From a virus: a stretch of 64,000 nt of DNA. Made by a program: the position numbers and the translations under genes. Of this stretch, positions 38,746-48,405 are shown piece by piece (position 1 is the stretch's first letter; every line of letters begins with the position of its first letter). The stretch lies in IMG/VR virus record IMGVR_UViG_3300020056_000007. One strand, given 5' to 3'. The notes under the pieces were generated by a model, which saw nothing but the letters and a program-made list of their open reading frames with translations, made no database searches and had not been told where the DNA came from.

Positions 38746-39196
38746 TAACTAATCCTACAATATGATATCTTAATAATTCTTTTTCTCCATTTAAAGCTGT
38801 ATGTGTTTTAGTTGTATCAACACAATAAGCTCTACCAGCATTTAATCTATAAACTTCATCATTTACTACAAATAAACATTTATCACTTGTAATTAAAGGG
38901 AAATGAATTCTAGGGCTTACATCAGTATGAATAGTATAACATGTTTGAGGATGTAAACACATTAGTCGAGAAGTCGACATATTAAATTTAGCAAAAAGAT
39001 AATTTAAATTTGGTAAATCGAAAGTAGGATCTTTCCCCTTTTGTAAAAAAACATTATTGCTTTTATCAAGGGGCCAATCTTCTTCTATTTTTTTATAACT
39101 GTTAGAAATTTCTGGCGTTAATAAAAATTTTACTTCATTTAAAATTTCATTTAAATTTATTTCACCTAAATCATTCACTATATTCTGTAAAGTCAT
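38732..39196 (-). CDS. Aspartyl/asparaginyl beta-hydroxylase-like oxygenase
   Basis: RLM, IHTD, RIHFPLIT, HTALN, RYHIV. Confidence 0.7.
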   Translation of the reverse strand: MTLQNIVNDLGEINLNEILNEVKFLLTPEISNSYKKIEEDWPLDKSNNVFLQKGKDPTFDLPNLNYLFAKFNMSTSRLMCLHPQTCYTIHTDVSPRIHFPLITSDKCLFVVNDEVYRLNAGRAYCVDTTKTHTALNGEKELLRYHIVGLVNEMV

Positions 39197-39491
39197 ATTC
39201 TATCACTTCATCAACATGAGGTAAAGCTGTTAGTGTTGTTCGAATATCAGTTAAACTCATAATGTTTAAAAACTCATCAGCTTTAGTATCTGTCCATACT
39301 CTTTCAACTGTAAGAGTAAGGTTATCTTCTGATAAACTTGGTGGAATATTATCAACAATATGTCCAGTCATCATACCTTCAGCAACGTATTGTCTTAGAG
39401 CTAAATTAATATTAGTTCCGATTGACGCCATTGCAGCTTCAGCATCAGTTTGTGGATTAGTAAATCTAACTACGTATCGCTGTTGTTTCAT
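39171..39491 (-). CDS. Hypothetical protein
   Basis: GGAG RBS; 106 aa within the minus-strand operon. Confidence 0.6.
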   Translation of the reverse strand: MKQQRYVVRFTNPQTDAEAAMASIGTNINLALRQYVAEGMMTGHIVDNIPPSLSEDNLTLTVERVWTDTKADEFLNIMSLTDIRTTLTALPHVDEVIEYDFTEYSE

Positions 39492-39505
39492 TCTTTTTCT
39501 CCATT

Positions 39506-40270
39506 TTATTCTGCAAATTCTAACTGTGTCATTTCAATATGTAAAATATTTTGTTGACCTTTATATTCTTCCCATTCAAATTTACAAGGGTTAATCTTAA
39601 AATCTTCTATGCCATCTATAAGAGTTGATATAATCTCTTTCTTATTATATATGGTAACAAATTCTTCTACATTATCCCAATACGTATTTCCTTCTTTATT
39701 TAATTTTTCATAAAATTGCGTAGACTGTACAATTTGATTATTAACCAAATACATTGCCATTGGATCTCCAAAAGATTCTTTTATAAGACTATCGCATTTT
39801 CCATATTTTTGTAATCTTTTATGTTGAAAATATTGTAACATGGGAATATTATCAAAAGTAACAAATGATAATAATAATTCAATTTTTTCATAGCTTTTTT
39901 TATAACCAATTAATGAATTAATAATATCCATCATATTTTCTAAAGTAGTATGTGAAAATACACTATAAGCAACTATTCCTTTAATGAAGTATTTCTTTGG
40001 TAATACTGGTGGAAGATCAGCGCCATTTTTATTATATACGGGATTGTACATATTGAACCATGTAAACTCATAATCTGGAAAATTTTCTCTAGCTTTGTGA
40101 ATATTATTAATATCTACATCAATTCCCAAGTAATTACTTGGATCTATTTTAAAGCTCCTAAGTAAATTACCAGTACCACAGCCATAGTCTATGATTTTTT
40201 CTTCAGGTTTACAAGAAGAAATCATTTTCTTTAAGGCATTACTTTTGATTTTGTACTTTTCTGTATGCAT
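39506..40270 (-). CDS. Class I SAM-dependent methyltransferase
   Basis: IIDYGCGTG, YLGIDVD, YSVFSHT. Confidence 0.82.
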   Translation of the reverse strand: MHTEKYKIKSNALKKMISSCKPEEKIIDYGCGTGNLLRSFKIDPSNYLGIDVDINNIHKARENFPDYEFTWFNMYNPVYNKNGADLPPVLPKKYFIKGIVAYSVFSHTTLENMMDIINSLIGYKKSYEKIELLLSFVTFDNIPMLQYFQHKRLQKYGKCDSLIKESFGDPMAMYLVNNQIVQSTQFYEKLNKEGNTYWDNVEEFVTIYNKKEIISTLIDGIEDFKINPCKFEWEEYKGQQNILHIEMTQLEFAE

Positions 40271-40275
40271 GTTTA

Positions 40276-40283
40276 TATTTATA
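40276..40283 (-). promoter_or_regulatory. Late promoter for the minus-strand oxygenase operon
   Basis: TATAAATA on the minus strand, 5 nt before ATG 40270. Confidence 0.65.
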
Positions 40284-40322
40284 TCTTATTTTTTTGAAAA
40301 AAAATTGAAAAAAAGTGAAAAA

Positions 40323-40356
40323 AACGGTTTACATTTAAGTGAAACTATGGTAGAAT
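40323..40356 (+). promoter_or_regulatory. Strong early promoter (repeat family)
   Basis: aacggTTTACA-17-TAGAAT, A-rich UP element. Confidence 0.8.
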
Positions 40357-40396
40357 ATATCTATAAAATGAAAAAAGCCAAAGAGGAGATAATCAT

Positions 40397-40675
40397 ATGG
40401 CACTTACAACTAAACAATTTAGCGAAATCCAAGTTCTTTTTGCTAAAGCTTCTATATCAGATTTTAATCAAATAGCTGATATGTTTAATACAACCCGTAG
40501 AATGGCTGAACGCTCAATCAAACAGAATTTTAATGTTGGTCAAAAGGTTCAGTGGACTGGTCGTAAAGGTTTTCAAACCGGTACGATTACCAAAATTAAC
40601 CGTAAAAACATTGTAGTTGATGCCGGTCAAAACGGCATGTGGAATGTTGCACCTTCACTTTTATCAGCGGCTTAA
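40397..40675 (+). CDS. Early hypothetical protein (SH3/KOW-like C-terminus)
   Basis: GAGGAG RBS; FNVGQKVQW...GTITKINRK. Confidence 0.65.
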   Translation: MALTTKQFSEIQVLFAKASISDFNQIADMFNTTRRMAERSIKQNFNVGQKVQWTGRKGFQTGTITKINRKNIVVDAGQNGMWNVAPSLLSAA

Positions 40676-40687
40676 GGAGAATATATT

Positions 40688-41644
40688 ATGAGTCATGAAG
40701 TTGAAACAATGGCATACGCAGGAGAAGTTCCATGGCATGGTCTTGGAGTTCCTGTAAGTAACGATCTGACACCAGCTCAGATGATGCAAAAAGCTGGATT
40801 GGATTGGAAAGTCCGTGAAGTAGAATCCTTTGTAGAATACAATGGACGAAAAATGCGTACAGGTCAAAAGTCTCTTATTCGCGAGACTGACGGCAAAATT
40901 CTTACTAATGTTGGTAAGGATTGGAAACCTTTACAAAATTCAGAGGCATTTGAATTCTTTGGTGAATATGTAATGGCAGGTGATATGGAAATGCATACTG
41001 CTGGTTCACTAAAAGGTGGACAAATGGTATGGGCTTTAGCTAAAGTTAAAGATTCATTCGAATTGTTCAAAGGCGATCAGATTGATTCATATTTTCTTTT
41101 TGCCAATCCACATCTATATGGTAAGTCTATTGATATTCGTTTCACACCTATTCGTGTGGTATGTAAAAATACACTTAGCCTTTCACTTAACTCAACATCT
41201 TCAAATGCTGTAACAGTTGGCCATCGTGCTCAATTTAATGCTGATGAAGTAAAAGAAGCTCTTGGCATTGCTTCTGAGAAAATGCAAACTTATAAAGAGT
41301 ATGCTCAATTTCTTGGATCTAAGCGTTTCTCAACTGAAAAGCTTATTGAATACTATAATGAAGTATTCCCACGTACTGCTGATAAGCGTGTACAAGATAA
41401 AAGTCTTTCTATTGAAACACTTTCAAGAAATGCAAAGCTTTGTTATGATGCGCTTGAAACTCAACCTGGTGCAAAATATGCTGAAGGCACTTGGTGGCAG
41501 GCATTTAATTCAGTGACATATATCACTGATCACCATCAGGGTCGTAACTCTGATAATCGGTTATATTCCTCATGGTGGGGTGGTAACCAAGTCCGTAAGC
41601 GTAATGCTTTAGAGGCAGCAATTGAATTCGCGGAAACTGCATAG
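40688..41644 (+). CDS. DUF932/DUF945 family protein
   Basis: PWHGLG, AGLDW, TAGSL.GG, TPIRVVC.NT, GTWWQAFNSVT. Confidence 0.85.
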   Translation: MSHEVETMAYAGEVPWHGLGVPVSNDLTPAQMMQKAGLDWKVREVESFVEYNGRKMRTGQKSLIRETDGKILTNVGKDWKPLQNSEAFEFFGEYVMAGDMEMHTAGSLKGGQMVWALAKVKDSFELFKGDQIDSYFLFANPHLYGKSIDIRFTPIRVVCKNTLSLSLNSTSSNAVTVGHRAQFNADEVKEALGIASEKMQTYKEYAQFLGSKRFSTEKLIEYYNEVFPRTADKRVQDKSLSIETLSRNAKLCYDALETQPGAKYAEGTWWQAFNSVTYITDHHQGRNSDNRLYSSWWGGNQVRKRNALEAAIEFAETA

Positions 41645-41918
41645 GAGATATATTATGAACCGCTATACAACTCAAGAGCTTCGGGATATTATTGCCGAAG
41701 CTGAAGCTGAAATTAATCGTAGGGATGAACTTCCACATTTGATTTGTAATAAGGGTGGAATGTTCTTTAAGAATATGACATTTAAGAAGGCTAATAAGAC
41801 TTCTGTTATCCATGAAGATAGTCAGGGTAATGAATATATTACTCGTACTACACGCTTTGAACGTGTAGGCGGTCAGCAGAAGTATAAGGAGAGACTTCCT
41901 ATTACGAGGAATTGGTAA
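41622..41918 (+). CDS. Hypothetical protein
   Basis: AGGAG RBS before the internal ATG (~41655). Confidence 0.55.
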   Translation: MNSRKLHRRYIMNRYTTQELRDIIAEAEAEINRRDELPHLICNKGGMFFKNMTFKKANKTSVIHEDSQGNEYITRTTRFERVGGQQKYKERLPITRNW

Positions 41919-42145
41919 TGGCAAAGTCTTATCTTCGTAGTGTAAATCGGGATACCCAAGCTATTGGCTTGGGTCTTCCTAGAGTTTTAGCTGAAATTAA
42001 ACACCTTGAAAGCTTAAAGAAAAAAGATCGTTCAGTTAAGAAAAGACTCGAAAGACTTTATACTGCTAAACAACAAATTCAAAATTCTACACCAGAACAA
42101 AGAATTGATTTGGTGAAACAATTAAAGGAGATTAATAGTGGCTAA
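41912..42145 (+). CDS. Hypothetical basic protein
   Basis: Coupled ORF with GAGG RBS. Confidence 0.55.
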   Translation: MVMAKSYLRSVNRDTQAIGLGLPRVLAEIKHLESLKKKDRSVKKRLERLYTAKQQIQNSTPEQRIDLVKQLKEINSG

Positions 42146-42311
42146 AAAGCACGATATTAACATGCTCCATGCTTGGGCTAAAAGTTGGGGTATAAAAGGA
42201 TATGAATATCTAGATCCTCAACTTAAAGAAAAGAACAAGCAACATGCATTAAAGCGTGCTTTATACCGTGAAAGACAAGAAGCAAGACAAAAATTCTTTA
42301 AGAAGAAATAA
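42138..42311 (+). CDS. 57-aa basic hypothetical protein (not in ORF track)
   Basis: AAGGAG RBS, GTG start, TAA at 42309-42311. Confidence 0.5.
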   Translation: MAKKHDINMLHAWAKSWGIKGYEYLDPQLKEKNKQHALKRALYRERQEARQKFFKKK

Positions 42312-42393
42312 TTTAATATTTCTGTAACATTTCTTAAAACATAAAAAGGGTATATAGTTTTATACCCTTTTATAAGATATAAGGATCCTATTA

Positions 42394-42867
42394 ATGTCGT
42401 CAACTAAACTCTGGAAAAAGGTAAAAACTATGGATCTAGGAAATCCCGTAATCACCGCTCTCGTTGGACTGGTGATTTTTTACATTGGCCTCAAAACATT
42501 CTCAGGTGGAATGAAGTCAATGGGAAATATGGACCATCTACAATTTTTTTTAGGTAGTCCAATATACATGTTCATTGGAGGAATCGTTATGACTCTCCTT
42601 TGGCAATCATCATCGTTATCAACAACAGCAATTATTGCTTTAGTTGCATCTGGAGCTTTACCACTTCCAGCAGCGGTTGCAGCAGTATTAGGCGCTAACA
42701 TTGGTACGACAGGTACGATATGGTTAGCTGGCTTTTTCGTCTCAGATGGATGGCCGAAAGGTGATACTCTTCGAATAGCCATGGCCCATACGGGCATGAA
42801 CTTATTGATGGCTCTATCGCTATTACCATTTGTAGGATATATAGCTAAATTCCTTGGTAGATTTTAA
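42394..42867 (+). CDS. Miniature Na+/phosphate cotransporter-family protein
   Basis: QSSS and GANIGTT signature motifs; several TM helices. Confidence 0.8.
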   Translation: MSSTKLWKKVKTMDLGNPVITALVGLVIFYIGLKTFSGGMKSMGNMDHLQFFLGSPIYMFIGGIVMTLLWQSSSLSTTAIIALVASGALPLPAAVAAVLGANIGTTGTIWLAGFFVSDGWPKGDTLRIAMAHTGMNLLMALSLLPFVGYIAKFLGRF

Positions 42868-42895
42868 AAAAGGGGAGGCTAAGGTCTCCCCTTTT
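42866..42895. terminator. Bidirectional terminator
   Basis: aaaaaaGGGGAG...CTCCCCtttt between convergent genes. Confidence 0.75.
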
Positions 42896-42906
42896 CATTA
42901 TGTGAT

Positions 42907-43137
42907 TTACTTATGATCCCAGATTTGGTATAATACCCATATAGCAATTAAGCCCATGAGTCCTTCTGCACCAAGACCGGCTAGCATTGCACTAACGTTT
43001 GATACAACACTTACATCTGGTAAGAATGGGATTTGATTTATGCCAAGCACTTCAGCAATAATCGATAGGGCTGCAATGGATACACCCATTTCCGCGAGCC
43101 CTTTTGCCCATCCTTTTACTGTATTTAATACTTCCAT
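42907..43137 (-). CDS. Small membrane protein
   Basis: AGGAGG RBS before ATG 43137; two hydrophobic segments. Confidence 0.65.
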   Translation of the reverse strand: MEVLNTVKGWAKGLAEMGVSIAALSIIAEVLGINQIPFLPDVSVVSNVSAMLAGLGAEGLMGLIAIWVLYQIWDHK

Positions 43138-43187
43138 TAATTCCCTCCTAATGGTTAAGTATCTAATATTTATCAATTTTAAGTTAT

Positions 43188-43195
43188 TATAAATA
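43188..43195 (+). promoter_or_regulatory. Late promoter
   Basis: TATAAATA. Confidence 0.75.
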
Positions 43196-43221
43196 GAGTT
43201 ATTAAAAGGAGCATAAGGCAA

Positions 43222-44280
43222 ATGGCATATACTTTTTTTCCTAAATCAACTGAGGAAATTCAAAATACGTTAAGCAGCAAAGGATTCCCTCAGCCAAATG
43301 TTGAGGAAGTGAAACGGCTATTTAATTTCTTACGTAATAAAGATAAGTCTCCAATTAATTTAGACTTAGAGAAAAAAACAAACGTAAATGTATCTCGAAC
43401 AATTGATGGCGATTATTCAATTGCTGATATTAAAAGAGGTGCAGACATTAGTATACTCAAGTTAAAATTTGGAAATGGATCTTCAGGTAACCGCGGAGCA
43501 AATAACCGCGGTAATTTATTTGAACCTCAATTTGCTGATGCTTTACTTAAATGGTGGGCAGGCGAAGATGTAACAGATAAAAAAATGCTTGCTGCAATTG
43601 AGGATATGAATAAGACTTATAAGATTGAAGATTCCAAAACATTTAAGGTTGATGTTGTTGGAGGTGAAAATACAAGACGACCATTAGTATTTACTCCAAA
43701 CATTCAACTTACAAATCCGAAAGGACGTGGGTACGATGTTGGTCAGTCTGTTACTGATATTACGGTTACTACGGACAAAGGTCCGATCTTTCTTTCGTTG
43801 AAACTTGGTGGAACTACTACGTTCTTTAATGTTGGTGTAAAAACTATTTTGACTAAAAAAGAAATAGAAAATATGAGTATTACAAATCCAAATGGAAAGA
43901 AGCTTCTTAAACTATTTGGAATTGATGAAACCAAATTTTGTGAAGTCTTTAATGGTACACATAAAGGATCTGTAGATCGTAGACCTAAGTTTGATAAATC
44001 TGGTATGGTAAGACTACTTCAATCTGGAATTGGATTCAATTATCATATTATACATAAACTAACCGGTAAAATTTTATCCAAACAAATGGATGAAAAAGCC
44101 ATGAAACGAGCAGCCACTGTAAATGCTCCAATAATTTATTACGGTGGTAAAGGCGGTAAGGGTAAACGCATTGATATTGAAATGCAATCGCCAACATATA
44201 CATTTAAACTTAATTTAAGAGATACGCAAGGCAAGGATGGTTATCCAACTCGTCTTATGTGTGATTTCAAATATAGGTAA
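43222..44280 (+). CDS. Putative PD-(D/E)xK (restriction-like) nuclease
   Basis: GNLFE...TDITV...FLSLK pattern. Confidence 0.45.
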   Translation: MAYTFFPKSTEEIQNTLSSKGFPQPNVEEVKRLFNFLRNKDKSPINLDLEKKTNVNVSRTIDGDYSIADIKRGADISILKLKFGNGSSGNRGANNRGNLFEPQFADALLKWWAGEDVTDKKMLAAIEDMNKTYKIEDSKTFKVDVVGGENTRRPLVFTPNIQLTNPKGRGYDVGQSVTDITVTTDKGPIFLSLKLGGTTTFFNVGVKTILTKKEIENMSITNPNGKKLLKLFGIDETKFCEVFNGTHKGSVDRRPKFDKSGMVRLLQSGIGFNYHIIHKLTGKILSKQMDEKAMKRAATVNAPIIYYGGKGGKGKRIDIEMQSPTYTFKLNLRDTQGKDGYPTRLMCDFKYR

Positions 44281-44283
44281 ACC

Positions 44284-45060
44284 ATGCCAATACAAAGACA
44301 TTTTGCAAATTCTGATTTAGCCGAAATGGTTGACATTTCTAATGGAATGGTAATTAATACCGATTTCATTCATAAGTTTGGTCGTAATCCAAATATAGGT
44401 GGTGCACCTGAAACTATTTGGATGAACGGTGGAATTTATACATATTTGGATGCTCCTTCTACTGTTTATGTTACAAGTAATAGTGCTGATGATGCTGCTG
44501 CTGGAACTGGAGCAAGAACCGTTACAGTCCAAGGATTAGATAATAATTATGAACAAGTAGAGGAAACGCTAACAGTAGGTGGACCTGTTTCAACAATAGA
44601 ATTTTTAAGAATATTTAGAGCTTTTGTTGAAACGGCAGGATCTATTAAAACAAATGTTGGTAATGTGAAAATTACAACAGGAGCTGGTGGAACTGGAACA
44701 GTATTAGCAGATATTGGCATTATAGGAACTGGAACAACTTTTGGATTGGGCCAAACACAACTTGCTTTATATACAATTCCAGCACATTGTACTGGATATT
44801 TAACACGATGGAATAATGGAGTTGGAGCTTATAACTCTTCAGCAACCATAACACTTCTTACAAGACAAATTGAAGAAGTGACTAAAGCATTTAGAACAAG
44901 AGATATTATGGATGTTCCTGGTGGTTGGCATGTTCGAGATTACGAAATCCCAATTAGGTTACCACCAAAAACAGATGTAGAAATAAGAGCAATTGCCTCG
45001 ACTGGTTCAAATGTTTCTTCATCTTTTGATATAGTATTAGTCACAGGACCAGGACAATGA
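44284..45060 (+). CDS. Probable virion structural protein (beta-rich)
   Basis: Gly/Thr-rich; KFGRNP, GTGART; late operon. Confidence 0.5.
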   Translation: MPIQRHFANSDLAEMVDISNGMVINTDFIHKFGRNPNIGGAPETIWMNGGIYTYLDAPSTVYVTSNSADDAAAGTGARTVTVQGLDNNYEQVEETLTVGGPVSTIEFLRIFRAFVETAGSIKTNVGNVKITTGAGGTGTVLADIGIIGTGTTFGLGQTQLALYTIPAHCTGYLTRWNNGVGAYNSSATITLLTRQIEEVTKAFRTRDIMDVPGGWHVRDYEIPIRLPPKTDVEIRAIASTGSNVSSSFDIVLVTGPGQ

Positions 45061-46280
45061 ATTTCTCAGAGTTTATAACAGAACAAAAGAATACACATAT
45101 GACTCACATAGAGGATAAAGTTATCTATGGTGGAGTCAAAGGAACACGTGATGCAATTCTTGCTTTACGAATGTTGAGAGACACATTAGGTGGTGTGAAA
45201 GATGGAAACGTTACTGTTAAATGGGATGGTGCTCCTGCTATATTTGCTGGTACTGATCCTCGTGACGGAAAGTTTTTTGTCGCCAAAAAAGGTATCTTTA
45301 ACAAAAACCCTAAAGTCTACAAAACTCCTGCTGATGTTGACGCTGATACTTCTGGTGATCTTAATGTTAAACTAAAAGCAGCATTAAAAGAATTGCCTGC
45401 ATTGGGTATTAAAGGAATTATTCAAGGTGATTTCCTTTTTGGACCAGGTGATGTAAAGACACAAAAAATTAAAGGAAAGAAATATGTTACATTTCATCCT
45501 AATACTATCGTCTATGCGTTGCCAGCTGAGTCGGATGGAGCTCGCGATGTTAAGAAATCAAAAATTGGAATCGTCTGGCATACAGCCTATACAGGTAACT
45601 CCTTCGAGTCTCTCAAAGCTTCGTATGGAGTTGATGCCTCTAAGTTGCGACCAAGCCGAAATGTGTGGAGCCAAGACGCAACGCTTAGGGATATGACTCG
45701 CTATACTATGTCTAAAAAAGACACGGAGGAAGTCAATGGTTATTTGTCTCAAGCTGGAAAAATTTTCAATCAAATCAGTGGTACAACTCTTCGCGAATTG
45801 GAAGCTAATCCAAAACTTGCTCAAATGGTGGAAACCTTCAACAACACCTACGTCAGAAGAGGCGAGGTCGTGGGAAATACAACACAGCATACAAATAACC
45901 TTATCAGATGGATCAACCAAAAATTTGACCGTGAGCGAATGGCACGTAAATCGGCACGGGGACAATCAGCCGTTGACCAAAGAAGAGAAGAAATCTTAAA
46001 GTTTTTTAGTCCTGCAAATAAAAAATCACTCATAAAAATGTTTGATTTGCAAAAAGTTATAGTTCTAGCAAAACTAAAAATTATAAATATACTTAATAAA
46101 CTTAATAATGCTAAAACCTTTTTGAAAACAAAAAAAGGTTATCGAATTACAGGCCAAGAAGGTTATGTAGCTATCGATAAACTTGGTGGTGATGCGGTTA
46201 AAATTGTTGACAGAATGGAATTTTCATTTGCCAACTTTAGCCCGAATATATTAAAAGGATGGGATAAACCTGGGAGATAA
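45057..46280 (+). CDS. Probable capsid-targeted protein with ATP-dependent ligase-like motifs
   Basis: N-terminus MNFSEFITE; VKWDG, QGD, EGYV, VKIVDR. Confidence 0.55.
   Translation: MNFSEFITEQKNTHMTHIEDKVIYGGVKGTRDAILALRMLRDTLGGVKDGNVTVKWDGAPAIFAGTDPRDGKFFVAKKGIFNKNPKVYKTPADVDADTSGDLNVKLKAALKELPALGIKGIIQGDFLFGPGDVKTQKIKGKKYVTFHPNTIVYALPAESDGARDVKKSKIGIVWHTAYTGNSFESLKASYGVDASKLRPSRNVWSQDATLRDMTRYTMSKKDTEEVNGYLSQAGKIFNQISGTTLRELEANPKLAQMVETFNNTYVRRGEVVGNTTQHTNNLIRWINQKFDRERMARKSARGQSAVDQRREEILKFFSPANKKSLIKMFDLQKVIVLAKLKIINILNKLNNAKTFLKTKKGYRITGQEGYVAIDKLGGDAVKIVDRMEFSFANFSPNILKGWDKPGR
46082..46089 (+). promoter_or_regulatory. Late promoter
   Basis: TATAAATA. Confidence 0.55.
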
Positions 46281-46283
46281 CAA

Positions 46284-46889
46284 ATGCCAATAGGCTTTAA
46301 AGATTATTTGTCTGTAGATTATAAACCTGGCGCTACAGATCAAGAAAAATATAACGCTAAAAAGCGTAAAAGGTCAGATGTCGAAGAAGCATCAATGAAA
46401 GGCATGTGCTGCAAAAATTGTGGCGATAAGTTTGGTAAACCAACAAATGAAGATTGCCAATATGATGCATATGATCCCAATGGTAAAAATTGGGTAAAAG
46501 AATATTCTGAGAAAACTGAATGTCCAGAATGCAATGGTAAAGGTTGTGATCATTGTGATGGTAAAGGTTTTCATGAAGCATTGAATGTTCAACAAAGACT
46601 ACGCCGTTCAAGAGCAATGAAAAAAATGAAAGCCCGTATCGCAATGGGTAGACGTAGAGCTCAGAAAAAAATGGCTAGCAAAGATAAATTAGTAAAAAGA
46701 TCAAGACGTGCAGCTCGGACGGCCATTCTTAAAAAGCTTACAAAGGATGTACCAAAGGGTGAATTAAATTATGCACGTAGACAAGAGATTGAAAAGCGTT
46801 TAGATAAGATGGGACCTCGTATAGACAGATTAGCTAAAAAAATGTTCCCATCCATTCGCAAAAAGGAAGTGATGAGGAAAAAAGGTTGA
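46284..46889 (+). CDS. Basic probable internal head protein with Cys motifs
   Basis: FKDYL N-terminus, CxxC repeats, Arg/Lys-rich C-terminus. Confidence 0.6.
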   Translation: MPIGFKDYLSVDYKPGATDQEKYNAKKRKRSDVEEASMKGMCCKNCGDKFGKPTNEDCQYDAYDPNGKNWVKEYSEKTECPECNGKGCDHCDGKGFHEALNVQQRLRRSRAMKKMKARIAMGRRRAQKKMASKDKLVKRSRRAARTAILKKLTKDVPKGELNYARRQEIEKRLDKMGPRIDRLAKKMFPSIRKKEVMRKKG

Positions 46890-48157
46890 GCTTTAGTTCA
46901 TTTAAAACATTTTTAGTAGAAGAGGAAAAAACGGCATACTTTACGTTTGGCCGTATGAATCCTCCTACAATTGGTCATGAAAAATTATTAAATAGTTTAT
47001 ATATGAAAGCTGGAAAAAACCCATATCGTGTTTTTTTATCTCAATCAGTTGACCCAAAAAAGAATCCATTACAATATCAAATGAAAGTAAAAAGTGCTAG
47101 GAAAATGTTTCCTAAGTATGCGCGTTCTATTATGTTAAATAAAAAAATAAAGAATGTATTTGATGTAGCAGTACAACTATATAATGAAGGATTTAAAAAT
47201 GTTGTAATGGTAGTAGGATCAGATAGAGTTCGTGAGTTTGAATTATTATTAAATAAATACAATGGTAAAAAAGGTAGACACGGATTTTATAATTTCCAAA
47301 AAGTAAATGTAATGTCTGCAGGAGCAAGAGATCCTGATGCTGAAGGTGTTGAAGGTATGTCAGCATCTAAAATGAGAGCTGCAGCATCATCAAATGACTT
47401 TACTGCATTTTCCCAAGGCCTACCAAAAAGCGTAGCTAATGCTGAAGCAAAAAGAATATTTAATGCTGTTCGTAAAGGCATGGGGTTAAAGGAAGAAAAT
47501 GAATTTAAAAGACATGTTCAACTTAAGCCCGTATCAGAAATTAGAGAAAACTATGTTAATGGCATGCTCTACAATATCGGAGATACAGTTATCAACAAAG
47601 ATACCGGAGAAATCTCAGAAATCAAAAGACTTGGAGCCAACTATGTTATCATTGAAGGTAGTGGAAATACATACCGTAAATGGTTAACAGACATTGAACA
47701 TCTAAAAGAAGAAATTCCTGTAGCTCCATTTTCTGTGGCAAAAGAAGGTCTTTCTGAAGGTACTGACAAATGGTATAAAGATCAACCAGAATGGGGAACA
47801 CCAGAATCAACTAAAAAGGCTGAAAAAATAACTCCAGGCCAAAGTGAAGGTGCTGCATATCATAAAGGTTTATCAAAATCTACTATGGCAAAAAGAAAAG
47901 CTCATTTTAAAAAAGGAGCAAAGATGGATGATGATAACCCCGCAGCATATAAGCCAGCGCCTGGAGATGCTACTGCTAAGACAAAAACTTCAAAGCATAC
48001 AATCAGATTCAGACAGATGTATGGTGAAAAAAATTCTCAAGTTGACATTGCTAAGGCGAGAATTGATAGAGAGAAAGAATCAGATGCTAAAAGGCATGAC
48101 CGAATGATGGATCGAGCAAGAATGCGAGATGTTAAGAAAACCAATAGGGAAAACTAA
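46886..48157 (+). CDS. HxGH nucleotidyltransferase (phage cytidyltransferase) with basic C-terminal extensions
   Basis: FGRMNPPTIGH, VVGSDR, MSASKMR; N-terminus FKTFLVEE. Confidence 0.8.
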   Translation: MSFSSFKTFLVEEEKTAYFTFGRMNPPTIGHEKLLNSLYMKAGKNPYRVFLSQSVDPKKNPLQYQMKVKSARKMFPKYARSIMLNKKIKNVFDVAVQLYNEGFKNVVMVVGSDRVREFELLLNKYNGKKGRHGFYNFQKVNVMSAGARDPDAEGVEGMSASKMRAAASSNDFTAFSQGLPKSVANAEAKRIFNAVRKGMGLKEENEFKRHVQLKPVSEIRENYVNGMLYNIGDTVINKDTGEISEIKRLGANYVIIEGSGNTYRKWLTDIEHLKEEIPVAPFSVAKEGLSEGTDKWYKDQPEWGTPESTKKAEKITPGQSEGAAYHKGLSKSTMAKRKAHFKKGAKMDDDNPAAYKPAPGDATAKTKTSKHTIRFRQMYGEKNSQVDIAKARIDREKESDAKRHDRMMDRARMRDVKKTNREN

Positions 48158-48405
48158 TGTTAAAATTTAAAGCATATATTCATGAAGATGCCACTGCAGG
48201 TTTGAAGAAAAAAGCAGAGAAATCTGGTATGCCAGTTGGTATTCTTCGAAAAGTTTATAACCGTGGTGTTGCGGCATGGCGGACGGGCCATCGTCCCGGA
48301 ACTACCCCCCAGCAGTGGGGCATGGCCCGAGTTAATTCATTTGTAACAAAATCGTCTGGCACATGGGGCAAGGCGGATAAAGATTTAGCAGCGAGAGTAA
48401 AATGA
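48157..48405 (+). CDS. Small basic probable internal head protein
   Basis: MLKFKAYIHE; VYNRGVAAW...WGMARVNSF. Confidence 0.65.
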   Translation: MLKFKAYIHEDATAGLKKKAEKSGMPVGILRKVYNRGVAAWRTGHRPGTTPQQWGMARVNSFVTKSSGTWGKADKDLAARVK

